From Gallionellaceae bacterium (GTDB taxonomy: Bacteria; Pseudomonadota; Gammaproteobacteria; Burkholderiales; Gallionellaceae): a stretch of 64,000 bases of DNA. Numbering within the stretch: the first letter of the stretch is position 1; every line of letters begins with the position of its first letter. This document shows, piece by piece, positions 20,578-31,746 of this stretch. The translations under genes and the position numbers were made by a program. The stretch is from the NCBI GenBank assembly GCA_006218055.1, contig VBWD01000001.1:9690-73689 (forward strand). The letters run 5' to 3'. A model generated the notes under the pieces. It worked only from the letters and a program-made list of their open reading frames with translations, did not search any database and had not been told where the DNA came from.

Positions 20578-21483
20578 TCACAGCAGATCTTCGCGGTGCA
20601 GCAAAAACAGGAACTGGTCGCCTGCACTGACTTCCAGCCATGTGAAGGGCAGGTCGGGGTAAGCGGCTTCGAGCGCATCGCGGTTGTGGCCGATCTCGAC
20701 GATGAGGATGCCATTCTCAGTGAGGTGGTCAGCGGCGTGCTCGAGGATGGCGCGCGTGGCGTCGAGTCCGTCGTTACCGCTGCCCAGGGCCAGCTTGGGT
20801 TCGTGCAGGTACTCTTGCGGCAGAGCGGCGACAGAAGGCGCATCTACGTAAGGCGGGTTGCTGATGATGACATCGTAGCTGCGGCCCCCCAGTTTGCTGA
20901 ACAGGTCGGTCTCGATCAACTCGATCTGCTCTTTCAAACCATAGTCATCCACGTTACGGCGAGCTACATCGAGTGCATCGGGTGAGAGGTCGGCCGCATC
21001 CACCAGCGAATTGGGGAAGGCGTGGGCGGCGAGGATGGCGAGGCATCCGCTGCCGGTGCACATGTCCAGTACGCTGCTCACCATCTCGGCATCCTCGACC
21101 CACGGAGTTAGACGTTCACGCAGTAACTCAGCGATGAAGGAGCGCGGCACGATGACGCGCTCGTCCACATAGAAGCTGAAGTCGCCGAGGAATGCTTGAT
21201 GGGTAAGATAAGCGGCAGGTACGCGTTCTTCCACACGCTTCTCGATGATGTTCAGTACTTCCAGTAATTCGTTGTGGGTGAGAGTTGCATCAAGGAAGGG
21301 CTCCAATCTGTCTAGCGGCAGATGCAGTGTGTGCAGGATGAGGTAGGCGGCCTCGTCGTAAGCATCGAGGCTGCCGTGACCGAAGGAGAGTTTTGCTTCA
21401 TTGAAGCGACTCACGGCAAAACGCAAACAGTCGCGCAAGGTCTTGAGTTCGCTGCTTGCTTTAGAAAATTGATTGATGTTCAT
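20578..21483 (-). CDS. prmB: 50S ribosomal protein L3 N5-glutamine methyltransferase
   Basis: FGHG, FYVDERVIVPRS, LDMCTGSGCLA, SNPPYVD. Confidence 0.95.
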   Translation of the reverse strand: MNINQFSKASSELKTLRDCLRFAVSRFNEAKLSFGHGSLDAYDEAAYLILHTLHLPLDRLEPFLDATLTHNELLEVLNIIEKRVEERVPAAYLTHQAFLGDFSFYVDERVIVPRSFIAELLRERLTPWVEDAEMVSSVLDMCTGSGCLAILAAHAFPNSLVDAADLSPDALDVARRNVDDYGLKEQIELIETDLFSKLGGRSYDVIISNPPYVDAPSVAALPQEYLHEPKLALGSGNDGLDATRAILEHAADHLTENGILIVEIGHNRDALEAAYPDLPFTWLEVSAGDQFLFLLHREDLL

Positions 21484-22817
<1,334 letters not shown>

Positions 22818-23171
22818 CTACAGTTTGAGATTTTCGTAATCAGTTAAATTAAAACCAGTTGCCAGTACTTTTCCATCGCGCACCAGCACGGGACGTTTGA
22901 TGATATTGGGATGTTGCAGCATCAGAGCCAAGGCAGAGGCATCGTCTTTGATAGAAGTCTTGACCTCGGCGGGTAGCTTGCCCCAAGTCGGCCCAGTCTT
23001 CTTCAGCAGTCTTTGCCAGCCGACCTGTTTCAGCCAGCCAGCAAGGAGAGATTCTGTGACGCCATGTTTCTTGAAGTCATGGAACTCATACATGACCCCA
23101 TGTTCAGTCAACCATGTACGCGATTTCTTGACGGTATCGCAGTTGGGGATGCCATACAGCTTCGTAAACAT
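22818..23171 (-). CDS. ArsC/YffB-family reductase
   Basis: LYGIPNCDTVKK, FHDFKK, IKRPVL; typical dapE neighbour. Confidence 0.9.
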   Translation of the reverse strand: MFTKLYGIPNCDTVKKSRTWLTEHGVMYEFHDFKKHGVTESLLAGWLKQVGWQRLLKKTGPTWGKLPAEVKTSIKDDASALALMLQHPNIIKRPVLVRDGKVLATGFNLTDYENLKL

Positions 23172-23189
23172 AACAATTACGCCGTAATT

Positions 23190-23233
23190 CGTTTGCTCCC
23201 TCGCCCGCTTGCGGGAGAGGGGTGGGGTGAGGG
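23190..23233. repeat. boxC-like palindromic repeat
   Basis: CGTTTGCTCCCTCGCCCGCTTGCGGGAGAGGGGTGGGGTGAGGG. Confidence 0.85.
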
Positions 23234-23243
23234 ACGTTGCATA

Positions 23244-24419
23244 TCAGCTTCCACCCGGCATTTCGATGTTGAGTTTGATGCCGCCGAAATCGGGAGCAGC
23301 AGAGCTTGACGGGTTCGCGGTTTGACTGGCGTTCGGGTCGTAGGCTTTGACTTTGCTCGTCTGTGAATAATCGATGAGCGAAGACAAGTTGCTCGCCGAG
23401 TCGGCGTTCTTCAACGCTTCTTCTTTGGTGATGTGTCCGGATTTGTACAGCTTATACAGTGCCTGCTCAAAGGTCTGCGAGCCTTGCGACACACTCTGTT
23501 CGATGGCATCACGGATCTTGTCGATCTGATCGTTCTTGATGAGGTCGGCGATCAATGCGGAATTAAGCAACACCTCCACGGCTGGGACGAGCATTCCCTG
23601 CGCATTGCGAATCAATCGTTGCGAGATGACGGCGCGCAAGCAGAGCGAGAGGTCGGACAAGATGCTGTTGCGGGCATCGTAGGGGAAGAAATTCACGATG
23701 CGGTTCAGGGCGTGATAGCTGTTGTTCGCATGCAGCGTGGAGAGGCAGAGGTGGCCTGTCTGCGCGAAGATCAGCGCATGCTTCAGTGTATCGCGGTCGC
23801 GGATCTCACCGATCATCAGCACATCGGGTGCTTCACGCATGGCACTCACCAATGCTGCGCCGTAATCGGCTGTGTCGGTGCCGATCTCACGTTGGTTCAC
23901 GATGGATTTCTCGTGTTGGAACATGTATTCGAGCGGGTCCTCGATGGTGAGGATGTGGCCGGTCTGCGTCTCGTTGCGATGCTGGATCATGGCAGCCAAG
24001 GTCGTCGACTTGCCAGAGCCTGTTGCGCCCACCATCAGAACGAGACCGCGCTTCTCCATGATGAGTTCTTTCAACACCAAGGGGAGATGCAACTCCTCTA
24101 CGTTGAGGACATGTCCACGCACATAACGGATGACGATGGCGATGCTGCCGCGTTGGCGGAACACGTTGACGCGGAAGTTGCCGATTGCAGGGACGCGGAA
24201 AGAGAAGTTCATCTCCATATGCATCTCGAAGTCGGCGATCTGATCCGGCGTCATCATCTCGTAGGCGATCTGCTTGATGTTTTCCGCTTCAAGCTGTTGA
24301 GAATTGACCGGCATCATGATGCCGTTGATCTTGATCTGGATAGGTGCATGGACGGAGAAGAACAAGTCTGAAGCTTGTTTGTCAGCAGCGAGTTGCAGCA
24401 ATGGGGTCACTATCATCAT
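23244..24419 (-). CDS. pilU: PilT/PilU-family type IV pilus ATPase
   Basis: ASDLF, GATGSGKSTT, TIEDPLE, QREIGTDT, MREAPDVLMIGEIRD, TGHLCLSTLH; start ATG 24419 after AAGGAG. Confidence 0.85.
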   Translation of the reverse strand: MMIVTPLLQLAADKQASDLFFSVHAPIQIKINGIMMPVNSQQLEAENIKQIAYEMMTPDQIADFEMHMEMNFSFRVPAIGNFRVNVFRQRGSIAIVIRYVRGHVLNVEELHLPLVLKELIMEKRGLVLMVGATGSGKSTTLAAMIQHRNETQTGHILTIEDPLEYMFQHEKSIVNQREIGTDTADYGAALVSAMREAPDVLMIGEIRDRDTLKHALIFAQTGHLCLSTLHANNSYHALNRIVNFFPYDARNSILSDLSLCLRAVISQRLIRNAQGMLVPAVEVLLNSALIADLIKNDQIDKIRDAIEQSVSQGSQTFEQALYKLYKSGHITKEEALKNADSASNLSSLIDYSQTSKVKAYDPNASQTANPSSSAAPDFGGIKLNIEMPGGS

Positions 24420-24627
24420 GTACTCCTTAAAATCAAAATGGCGTCGCCATACGGCGTTGCGCTCCAAAAATCTTGCTTACATATCGTCCATATGCCGCGC
24501 TGCGATTTGTGGTTTCGACATCACGCCACTGAAGTGGCATGAGTCGGCACCGCAACATATTTGTTGGTTGCATGCTGTATCGCGCGCCTTGTCTGGCTTA
24601 GCCATTTTGATTTTCAGAAGCACATGA
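24416..24627. mobile_element. RPE1-like palindromic MITE with ~68-nt internal insertion
   Basis: 27-nt terminal IRs (24/27 match) at 24416-24442 and 24601-24627; interior aligns with 31746-31888 (GCGTTGCGCTC, CTTACATATC..CATATGCCGCG, CGCGCCTTGTCT). Confidence 0.8.
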
Positions 24628-24634
24628 ACTCGTT

Positions 24635-25456
24635 TTAGATTCCACGCAACAACTCGTTGATACCGGTCTTGCCCAATGTCTTGGCATCGACCTTCTTCAC
24701 GATGACTGCGCAGTACAGGCTGTGGCTGCCGTCCTTGGAGGGCATGCTACCGCTTACGACGACGGAGCCTGCGGGTACGCGACCGTAGATGATCTCGCCT
24801 GTTTCGCGGTCGAGGATTTTGGTGGATTGGCCGATGAACACGCCCATGGAGATGACCGAGCCTTCTTCAACGATGACACCTTCGACCACTTCCGAACGTG
24901 CGCCGATGAAGCAGTTGTCTTCGATGATGGTCGGATTGGCTTGAACAGGTTCCAGCACGCCGCCGATACCCACGCCGCCGCTCAAGTGCACGTTCTTGCC
25001 GATCTGCGCACAGGAGCCGACGGTCGCCCAGGTATCCACCATGGTGCCTTCATCCACATAGGAACCGATGTTGCAGTAGGACGGCATCAACACCACGTTC
25101 TTGGCGATGTACACACCGCGACGCGCTGCGGCGGGGGGGACGACGCGGAAGCCCCCTTCGCGAAACTCTTTGGAGTTGTAGTCGGCGAATTTGGATGGCA
25201 CTTTGTCGAAATAGTTGGTGAAGCCGCCCTTGATGAAATTGTTATCTTCGATGCGGAAAGAAAGTAAAACTGCTTTCTTGAGCCATTGATGCGTGACCCA
25301 GACACCGTTGATCTTTTCAGCCACGCGCAGTTTGCCTTGATCCAGATATTCGATGACGGTGTTGATGGTCTCTTTGAGTTGTGCATCCACATTGCGTGGT
25401 GTGATGTCGGCACGGCGTTCAAAGGCTTCTTCGATGATGGCTTGCAATTGAGGCAT
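24635..25456 (-). CDS. dapD: 2,3,4,5-tetrahydropyridine-2,6-dicarboxylate N-succinyltransferase
   Basis: [40 protein letters not shown]. Confidence 0.98.
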   Translation of the reverse strand: MPQLQAIIEEAFERRADITPRNVDAQLKETINTVIEYLDQGKLRVAEKINGVWVTHQWLKKAVLLSFRIEDNNFIKGGFTNYFDKVPSKFADYNSKEFREGGFRVVPPAAARRGVYIAKNVVLMPSYCNIGSYVDEGTMVDTWATVGSCAQIGKNVHLSGGVGIGGVLEPVQANPTIIEDNCFIGARSEVVEGVIVEEGSVISMGVFIGQSTKILDRETGEIIYGRVPAGSVVVSGSMPSKDGSHSLYCAVIVKKVDAKTLGKTGINELLRGI

Positions 25457-25465
25457 GGTGATTTC

Positions 25466-26692
25466 CTAGTTGAGTTTTTGAGTGAATTCGGTGATGCGTC
25501 TTGCGGCTTCCAGTGTCTCGTCCAGATTGGCGACCAGCGCCAAGCGGATGAAGTTTGTGCCGGGATTGACTCCGTGCGCTTCGCGCGCCAAGAAGCTACC
25601 CGGCAATACGGACACATTATAGTCGCGGTACAGCTGTTGCGCGAAGGCGGTATCTGCGATGGGGGTGCGTATCCATAGATAGAAGCTGGCATCCGGTTTG
25701 GCTACGGGCAATACGGGTGAGAGCAGAGCGATGACCTTGGCGAATTTCTCTGCATACAAGCGACGGTTCTCGGCGACATGCGCTTCGTCGTTCCATGCGG
25801 CGATGGTGGCGGCTTGGATGGCAGGATTCATGGCGCAACCGTGATAGGTGCGATAGAGCGCGAAGCGTTCCAACACCTTGGCATCGCCTGCGACGAAGCC
25901 GGAGCGCATGCCGGGTACGTTAGAGCGTTTGGACAGGCTGGAGAACACCACTAGGTTCTTGTAGTCACCGCGCCCCAATCGTTGCGCAGCTTGCAATGCG
26001 CCCAGCGGCTGTTCATCACCAAAGTAAATTTCCGAGTAGCACTCATCCGCAGCGATGACGAAGCTGTAGCGGTCCGACATCTCGAACAGGGTCTTCCACT
26101 CTGCCAGCGGCATCACGCGCCCGTTCGGGTTGCCCGGTGAGCAGACGTAGATGAGTTGCGTACGTTGCCAGACATCTTCGGACAACTGAGCGAAGTCCAT
26201 TGCGAAATCATCTTCGGGAAGAGTGTTGAAGAAGTGCGGCGTCGCACCCGCGAGGAAAGCGGCACCTTCATAGATCTGATAGAAAGGGTTGGGACAGATG
26301 ACTACCGGAGAGGCTCCTTCTCCCACTGGGAGAGGGTTGGGGTGAGGGCGGTTGCGGTCGATCACGGCTTGCGCGAAGGAGAACAAGGCTTCGCGACTAC
26401 CATTCACGGGCAGCACCTGGGTCTTGGCATCGGGGGTAGGGATGCTGTAACGACGACCTAGCCACTGCGCGATGGTGGAGCGCAGTCCGTCGCTACCCGC
26501 TGTTGTGGGATAATTCGACAGCCCATCCAAGCCTGCGATCAAGGCGTCTTTGATGAAGCGCGGGGTGTCGTGTTTGGGCTCGCCGATGTGCAGGCTGATC
26601 GGTTTGAGATTGGCGTTCGGTGTCACTTCGCCGAACAGTTTCGCGAGTTTCTGGAACGGGTAGGGTTGAAGCTTCTGTAGATCAGGATTCAT
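25466..26692 (-). CDS. dapC: Succinyldiaminopimelate aminotransferase
   Basis: LQPYPFQKL, CPNPFYQIYEGA, DECYSEIY, SSLSKRSNVPGMRSG; upstream of dapD. Confidence 0.95.
   Translation of the reverse strand: MNPDLQKLQPYPFQKLAKLFGEVTPNANLKPISLHIGEPKHDTPRFIKDALIAGLDGLSNYPTTAGSDGLRSTIAQWLGRRYSIPTPDAKTQVLPVNGSREALFSFAQAVIDRNRPHPNPLPVGEGASPVVICPNPFYQIYEGAAFLAGATPHFFNTLPEDDFAMDFAQLSEDVWQRTQLIYVCSPGNPNGRVMPLAEWKTLFEMSDRYSFVIAADECYSEIYFGDEQPLGALQAAQRLGRGDYKNLVVFSSLSKRSNVPGMRSGFVAGDAKVLERFALYRTYHGCAMNPAIQAATIAAWNDEAHVAENRRLYAEKFAKVIALLSPVLPVAKPDASFYLWIRTPIADTAFAQQLYRDYNVSVLPGSFLAREAHGVNPGTNFIRLALVANLDETLEAARRITEFTQKLN
26313..26348. repeat. boxC-like repeat inserted in frame in dapC
   Basis: GCTCCTTCTCCCACTGGGAGAGGGTTGGGGTGAGGG (36 nt) encodes PHPNPLPVGEGA. 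Confidence 0.85.
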
Positions 26693-26693
26693 T

Positions 26694-26838
26694 TAAAGAC
26701 CTTTACGCAACTACTGCGCTTGGTGATACTGCGTCAAAAAGCGGCTCAAAATCCTCATGTACTTTCTTGTACACTCCGGTTTTTCGCCGCTTTTCTCCTT
26801 GTCTGACCTGCGCTTGTAACGTTGCGTAAAGGTCTTTA
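26694..26838. mobile_element. RPE1-like palindromic MITE (145 bp)
   Basis: Perfect 18-bp terminal IR TAAAGACCTTTACGCAAC / GTTGCGTAAAGGTCTTTA with TA ends; central TGTAC-N6-GTACA hairpin; minus strand reads TGVYKKVHED. Confidence 0.85.
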
Positions 26839-26877
26839 GGGACGGCAAAAACGTTGCGCATTATAAAGGTCGGGCGA

Positions 26878-27765
26878 GTGCCATCAAAACAAAATGTCAT
26901 GCCAATCGTTGGCGTATTGAGCGGGGCGCTGGTGTGGGGATTGATCTGGTATCCCTATCGTGTGTTGCAGGAGGCGGGGATGTCTGGCGCACTGGCCACC
27001 TTCATCACTTACGCCTTGGCGATGGGTTTCGGCGTGTTCATGTTGCCGCGTGTGTGGCGCGAACGATCTACCTTCGGCGGGTGGGCGCTGTTGCTGATAT
27101 TGAGTGCGGGCTGGGCTAATCTGGGTTACGTGCTGGGTATGTTGCATGGTGAAGTGATGCGCGTGCTGCTGTTGTTCTACCTCGCACCGGTGTGGACCAT
27201 CCTGTTCTCTTTCTGGTTGTTAGGTGAGCGCCTCAATCGCTATGGATATGGTGTCATATCACTCTCATTGTTGGGTGCGATGGTGATGTTGTGGGAGCCT
27301 AGTCTGGGGCTACCTGTCCCGCAAAATCTGTCAGAGTGGTTGGGGTTATCTGCGGGCATGGGCTTCGCTCTTTCCAATGTCACCTCACGTCGCGCAGCGC
27401 ATCTCTCGGTAGAGGCTAAATCATTCAGTCTGTGGCTGGGGACGGCCTCCCTTACTTTGCCTTTTCTGTTGTGGCAGGGCGGGGTGTCAGCGCAATTCAC
27501 CCATATCACTTCAGGCTATTGGCTGATGCTGGTGTTGATGGGGCTGGTGTTGTGTGCCACCAGCTTTGCCGTTCAATATGGAGTCACGCATCTGTCTGCC
27601 AACCGCGCGGTGGTGCTGTTCTTGTTCGAATTGGTGGTGGCTGCCATCTCATCTTACTTTCTGGCGACAGAAGCGATGGAGTTGCGCGACTGGATAGGTG
27701 CGACGTTGATCATTTCTGCCACCTTACTCTCTGGGCGATTGTCTTCGGAGAAGCCTGTGGGGTAG
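26878..27765 (+). CDS. DMT/EamA-family transporter
   Basis: About 10 TM helices, LVWGLIWYP, LLFYLAPVWT..LGERL, LFELVVAA; start uncertain (GTG 26878 or ATG 26899). Confidence 0.85.
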   Translation: MPSKQNVMPIVGVLSGALVWGLIWYPYRVLQEAGMSGALATFITYALAMGFGVFMLPRVWRERSTFGGWALLLILSAGWANLGYVLGMLHGEVMRVLLLFYLAPVWTILFSFWLLGERLNRYGYGVISLSLLGAMVMLWEPSLGLPVPQNLSEWLGLSAGMGFALSNVTSRRAAHLSVEAKSFSLWLGTASLTLPFLLWQGGVSAQFTHITSGYWLMLVLMGLVLCATSFAVQYGVTHLSANRAVVLFLFELVVAAISSYFLATEAMELRDWIGATLIISATLLSGRLSSEKPVG

Positions 27766-27825
27766 ACTGAGGCCGGAACGAAAGAATGAACCAGCCTAGT
27801 GACATGGTCTGAAAATAAAATACTC

Positions 27826-28752
27826 ATGAAAAAAGCGCCCACGCCTGCTGAGATATCCGAGCTGTTTGACAATACCGATCCCAACGTCGTTTGGGATAAA
27901 TCTACCGCCGTCATTCGCCGCATCAGTCCGCATTACGATTTCACGCTCGTTCACAAGGTCTACAAAGACGTGATGCGCATGTTCTACGGTGAGTTCCCGG
28001 GATACGCACCGATCAAGACGCTATACCACGACCTGTCTCACACGCTGGAAGTCTTCATGTGCGGCGTGCGATTGATGCATGGCGTGCATCATTCTGGGGA
28101 CAAGCTCTCGGACGAAGAGGTCACCTTGATGATGCTTGCCATCCTCATGCATGACATTGGTTACGCCCAACGTCGTGGTGAGGAGTTCGGAACGGGCGCG
28201 CAGTTCACCCAGACCCATGTGCAACGTGGAGTTGAATTCATGGAAAGCTATTTTGGGGAACGTATACTTCCCGCAGGAATCCTGGTGGATGTGAAAGGCA
28301 TGATTTTGGGCACTGAGCATTTCAGGCCATTTACGCAGATCGATTTTGCGACTGAACGAGCGCGCATGTTGGCGCGCATCGTGGCGACGGCCGATATCAC
28401 AGGGCAGATGGCTGATCGTAAATATATCGAGAAGCTACTTTTCCTTTTCCATGAATTCAAAGAAGCTCAGTTCGGTAACTATCAGGGGATGTTCGACCTG
28501 TTGGGTAAAACCAGAGGATTTTACACGGTCACACGTGAGAAGTTGGATGGGGTGCTGGATGGCCTCTATCACAAGTTCGAATATCACTTCGAAGACGCAT
28601 ATGGTGAACGCCGTAACTACTACATCGAATCCATCGAAAAGAACATGGCCTACCTTGAACAGGTCGTTGCTCAGAATGAGGATGACTATTTCAAGATGCT
28701 CAAACGCAACGGTATCGCAGACTGTGCGAGAGCCATTCCGATAAATAATTGA
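27826..28752 (+). CDS. HD-domain metal-dependent phosphohydrolase
   Basis: YHDLSHT, LMHDIGY, THVQRG, TADITGQMAD. Confidence 0.8.
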   Translation: MKKAPTPAEISELFDNTDPNVVWDKSTAVIRRISPHYDFTLVHKVYKDVMRMFYGEFPGYAPIKTLYHDLSHTLEVFMCGVRLMHGVHHSGDKLSDEEVTLMMLAILMHDIGYAQRRGEEFGTGAQFTQTHVQRGVEFMESYFGERILPAGILVDVKGMILGTEHFRPFTQIDFATERARMLARIVATADITGQMADRKYIEKLLFLFHEFKEAQFGNYQGMFDLLGKTRGFYTVTREKLDGVLDGLYHKFEYHFEDAYGERRNYYIESIEKNMAYLEQVVAQNEDDYFKMLKRNGIADCARAIPINN

Positions 28753-28791
28753 TGTGAACTGCCTCCAATCAAATCCCGATTGGATCTATCT

Positions 28792-29997
28792 ATGAAATCC
28801 ATCTCGCTCGGCACACCTCTTTCCCCTTCCGCCACTAAAGTTATGCTGTTGGGTAGCGGTGAGTTGGGCAAGGAAGTCATCATCGCCTTGCAACGTCTGG
28901 GCGTCGAAGTCATCGCAGTCGATCGTTACGAGCATGCACCTGGTCATCAAGTGGCACACAGAGCACATGTCATCAATATGGCCGATGGCGCAACACTGCG
29001 TGCCCTCATTGAAAAAGAAAGACCACACGTCATCGTGCCTGAGATCGAGGCCATCGCCACGGACATGCTGGTGCAGATCGAGCAAGAGGGCTTGGCGCGC
29101 GTCATACCCACCGCACGTGCCGCAAAACTCACTATGAATCGTGAAGGTATTCGCCGGTTAGCGGCTGAGACACTTGGACTGCCGACATCACCATACAAGT
29201 TTGCGAACAGTCTAGAAGAGTTGCATTCTGCCGTCGCCAGCATCGGCTATCCCTGCATCATCAAACCTGTGATGTCGTCATCGGGTAAGGGGCAGTCGAA
29301 AGTTGACAGGTCAGAAGAGGTTCAATCCGCGTGGGATTGCGCCGCCAGCGGCTCGCGGGTGGATCAGGGGCGGGTGATCGTTGAAGGTTTCATCCCATTC
29401 GATTACGAGATCACCCAACTCACGGTGCGTGCTGTTGGTGCTGACGGCAAAACAGAGACTCACTTTTGCGAACCCATCGGCCACGTGCAGGTGCAGGGAG
29501 ATTACGTGGAGAGTTGGCAGCCGATGGCGATGTCGCCAGTCGCCTTGCAACGCTCGCGCGATATTGCCAAGAAGGTCACGGATGATCTGGGCGGTTTGGG
29601 ACTTTTTGGGGTGGAACTGTTCGTCAAGGGCGATATGGTGTGGTTCTCCGAGGTCAGCCCGCGCCCTCACGATACGGGCATGGTGACCATGTGTACCCAG
29701 CGCCTCAATGAATTCGAACTGCATGCGCGTGCCATTCTTGGCCTGCCAGTGGATACGACGTTGCGTGCGGTGGGCGCTTCCGCCGTCATCTATGGGCAGC
29801 TAGAAGAAAAAGGCATTGCCTTCACAGGGGTGGATGATGCTATGCGAGTACCAGAATCTGACATCCGTCTGTTTGGCAAACCTGAGTCCTTCAAAAGACG
29901 CCGCATGGGCGTCGCCCTGGCAAATGGTAAAGACACCGATGAGGCAAGGACTCGAGCCAAGTTGGCAGCGAGCAAGGTCGTTCCAGTCAAAGCCTGA
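28792..29997 (+). CDS. purT: Formate-dependent GAR transformylase
   Basis: [54 protein letters not shown]. Confidence 0.97.
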   Translation: MKSISLGTPLSPSATKVMLLGSGELGKEVIIALQRLGVEVIAVDRYEHAPGHQVAHRAHVINMADGATLRALIEKERPHVIVPEIEAIATDMLVQIEQEGLARVIPTARAAKLTMNREGIRRLAAETLGLPTSPYKFANSLEELHSAVASIGYPCIIKPVMSSSGKGQSKVDRSEEVQSAWDCAASGSRVDQGRVIVEGFIPFDYEITQLTVRAVGADGKTETHFCEPIGHVQVQGDYVESWQPMAMSPVALQRSRDIAKKVTDDLGGLGLFGVELFVKGDMVWFSEVSPRPHDTGMVTMCTQRLNEFELHARAILGLPVDTTLRAVGASAVIYGQLEEKGIAFTGVDDAMRVPESDIRLFGKPESFKRRRMGVALANGKDTDEARTRAKLAASKVVPVKA

Positions 29998-30371
29998 TGA
30001 TCACAGGACTCCACCACGCCACCTTCATCACCAGCGATCTTGCAAGGTCGCGCGCGTTCTACGAAGGCGTGTTGGGATTGCAAGCCGATGCCAAACGTCC
30101 TGTCATGAGTTTCGAGGGTGTGTGGTACGAGGTCGGCACCGATCAGCAGATTCACCTGATGTTGTTGCCTGACCCGGAGGCGGGTTTGCAGCGTCCACGG
30201 CACGGCGGGCGTGATCGTCATGTCGCACTCGTCGTGAAGGAGCTCGCTTGGTTGATGTCGCGCTTGGATGTGGCAAATATCCGATACAGCGTGAGTCAGT
30301 CTGGACGTCGTGCCTTGTTCTGTCGTGACCCGGATCAGAATGCGCTGGAGTTTATCGAGGTGGTTGCTTGA
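29997..30371 (+). CDS. VOC/glyoxalase-family protein
   Basis: LHHATF..SDL.RSRAFY.GVLG, RDRHVAL, RDPDQNALE. Confidence 0.9.
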   Translation: MITGLHHATFITSDLARSRAFYEGVLGLQADAKRPVMSFEGVWYEVGTDQQIHLMLLPDPEAGLQRPRHGGRDRHVALVVKELAWLMSRLDVANIRYSVSQSGRRALFCRDPDQNALEFIEVVA

Positions 30372-31507
30372 TGGATGCAATCGGGATGAGTCCGAAAGCT
30401 TGGTATCAAACCGCCTGCGAGCGCGCAGGTTTTGTGTGTGATGCGCGCCAACTCGTTGCCATTGATGAGTTGGAAGCGCTCTGGCAGCAACTCGTCGACT
30501 TCAAAGCCAAACGCAATCAATTCTTAGGGCGCAGCCTGTTGAGCCCGGATGTTCCCAACGGTTTGTATATCTGGGGCGGTGTGGGGCGGGGCAAGACCTT
30601 CCTCATGGATGGTTTCTATCACTGCTTGCCCTATCGTCGTAAACGTCGCATCCATTTCCACAATTTCATGGCTGAGGTGCATCACGAGATGAAGCGGCTC
30701 GCCCATGAGAAAGACCCATTGATGGCTTTGGCCGAGAATATCGAGCGCTCCACACGTTTGTTGTGCTTGGATGAGTTCCATGTGGACGATATCGCCGATG
30801 CGATGATCCTCGGGCGATTGTTGGGCGCACTGTTGGAGCGAGGTGTTGTGCTGTTGACCACTTCCAACTATCCGCCTGAAGGTCTTTATCCTAACGGGCT
30901 GCAACGGCAGAATTTTTTGCCAGCCATCGCACTGCTGAAGCGCGAGTTAAAAGTGGTTCACCTGGATAGCGATACCGATTACCGCATGTTGCAGATGGTG
31001 CGTGACCCACTCTTCATGGATGCACGTGATGCTACGACCGAGGGGCATATGCAATCGCTGTTCCAGCGCCTGACAGCCGGCATGTATTCTGAGATGGATG
31101 ATATCCACGTCGGCAGTATCCAGATTCCCGTCATTCGCAAAGCACGTGAAGTCGTTTGGTTCGATTTCAAAAAACTCTGCGGTGGAAATCACGACCAGAG
31201 TGATTATCTGGAGATCGCACATCGCTATCCCACGGTGTTCGTATCCAATATCCCTGCAATGTCAGCCGAGAACGGGGCAGCAGCGCGCCGTTTCACTTGG
31301 CTCATCGATGTGCTGTATGACAATCACGTCAAGCTGGTGGCCTCGTTCGAGGTCGAACATGTTGCGCTTTATGGGGAGGGCCGCCACGACAGTGAATCAC
31401 AGCGCATCGCCAGCCGATTGACCGAGATGCAGACGCATCGTTATCTGGCGTTACCGCATCACAGTCGAGGCGTGTCCTTGACTGCCGAGGCGGGAGCTAC
31501 AGCATGA
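30371..31507 (+). CDS. zapE: AFG1/ZapE-family ATPase
   Basis: GLYIWGGVGRGKTFLMD, HFHNFM, CLDEFHV.DIADAMIL, TSNYPP.LY.NGLQR. Confidence 0.92.
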   Translation: MDAIGMSPKAWYQTACERAGFVCDARQLVAIDELEALWQQLVDFKAKRNQFLGRSLLSPDVPNGLYIWGGVGRGKTFLMDGFYHCLPYRRKRRIHFHNFMAEVHHEMKRLAHEKDPLMALAENIERSTRLLCLDEFHVDDIADAMILGRLLGALLERGVVLLTTSNYPPEGLYPNGLQRQNFLPAIALLKRELKVVHLDSDTDYRMLQMVRDPLFMDARDATTEGHMQSLFQRLTAGMYSEMDDIHVGSIQIPVIRKAREVVWFDFKKLCGGNHDQSDYLEIAHRYPTVFVSNIPAMSAENGAAARRFTWLIDVLYDNHVKLVASFEVEHVALYGEGRHDSESQRIASRLTEMQTHRYLALPHHSRGVSLTAEAGATA

Positions 31508-31746
31508 GTCCAGCCACGCGAGATGCATTGCTGCGTCCCTTATTGCTAGTCGTACTGTTGGGTTTGCTGGTCGCCTGCGTCAAGGTGGCAGTGGGCTGGT
31601 GGAACGGCGAGGTGTCGCTGGTTGATGACGGGAATTGGCTATGGCTAGCTTTGTTTCCTGTCTTACTGTGGATATGGTTTCGCTATTTCTCCATCTTTGG
31701 GTGCAATGAACCTGCGTGCTTGCTGCCCAAAGACGAGGAGCGTTGA
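31504..31746 (+). CDS. Small two-TM hypothetical protein
   Basis: Overlaps the zapE stop (ATGA), has an SD, two hydrophobic segments and a CxxxxC tail. Confidence 0.6.
   Translation: MSPATRDALLRPLLLVVLLGLLVACVKVAVGWWNGEVSLVDDGNWLWLALFPVLLWIWFRYFSIFGCNEPACLLPKDEER

Noticed and set aside
20574-20843. 90-aa N-terminal extension of hpnC in the ORF track
   Set aside because: Overlaps prmB in another frame; the family N-terminus starts at MSVDHYENF (20573)
23433-24371. 312-aa plus-strand ORF and other long antisense ORFs (e.g. 11838-12812, 58722-59666)
   Set aside because: Shadows of well-supported genes on the opposite strand, with no motifs of their own
26703-26900. 65-aa minus-strand ORF upstream of dapC
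   Set aside because: It is the reading frame of the palindromic MITE and stops within it; no evidence for an independent gene
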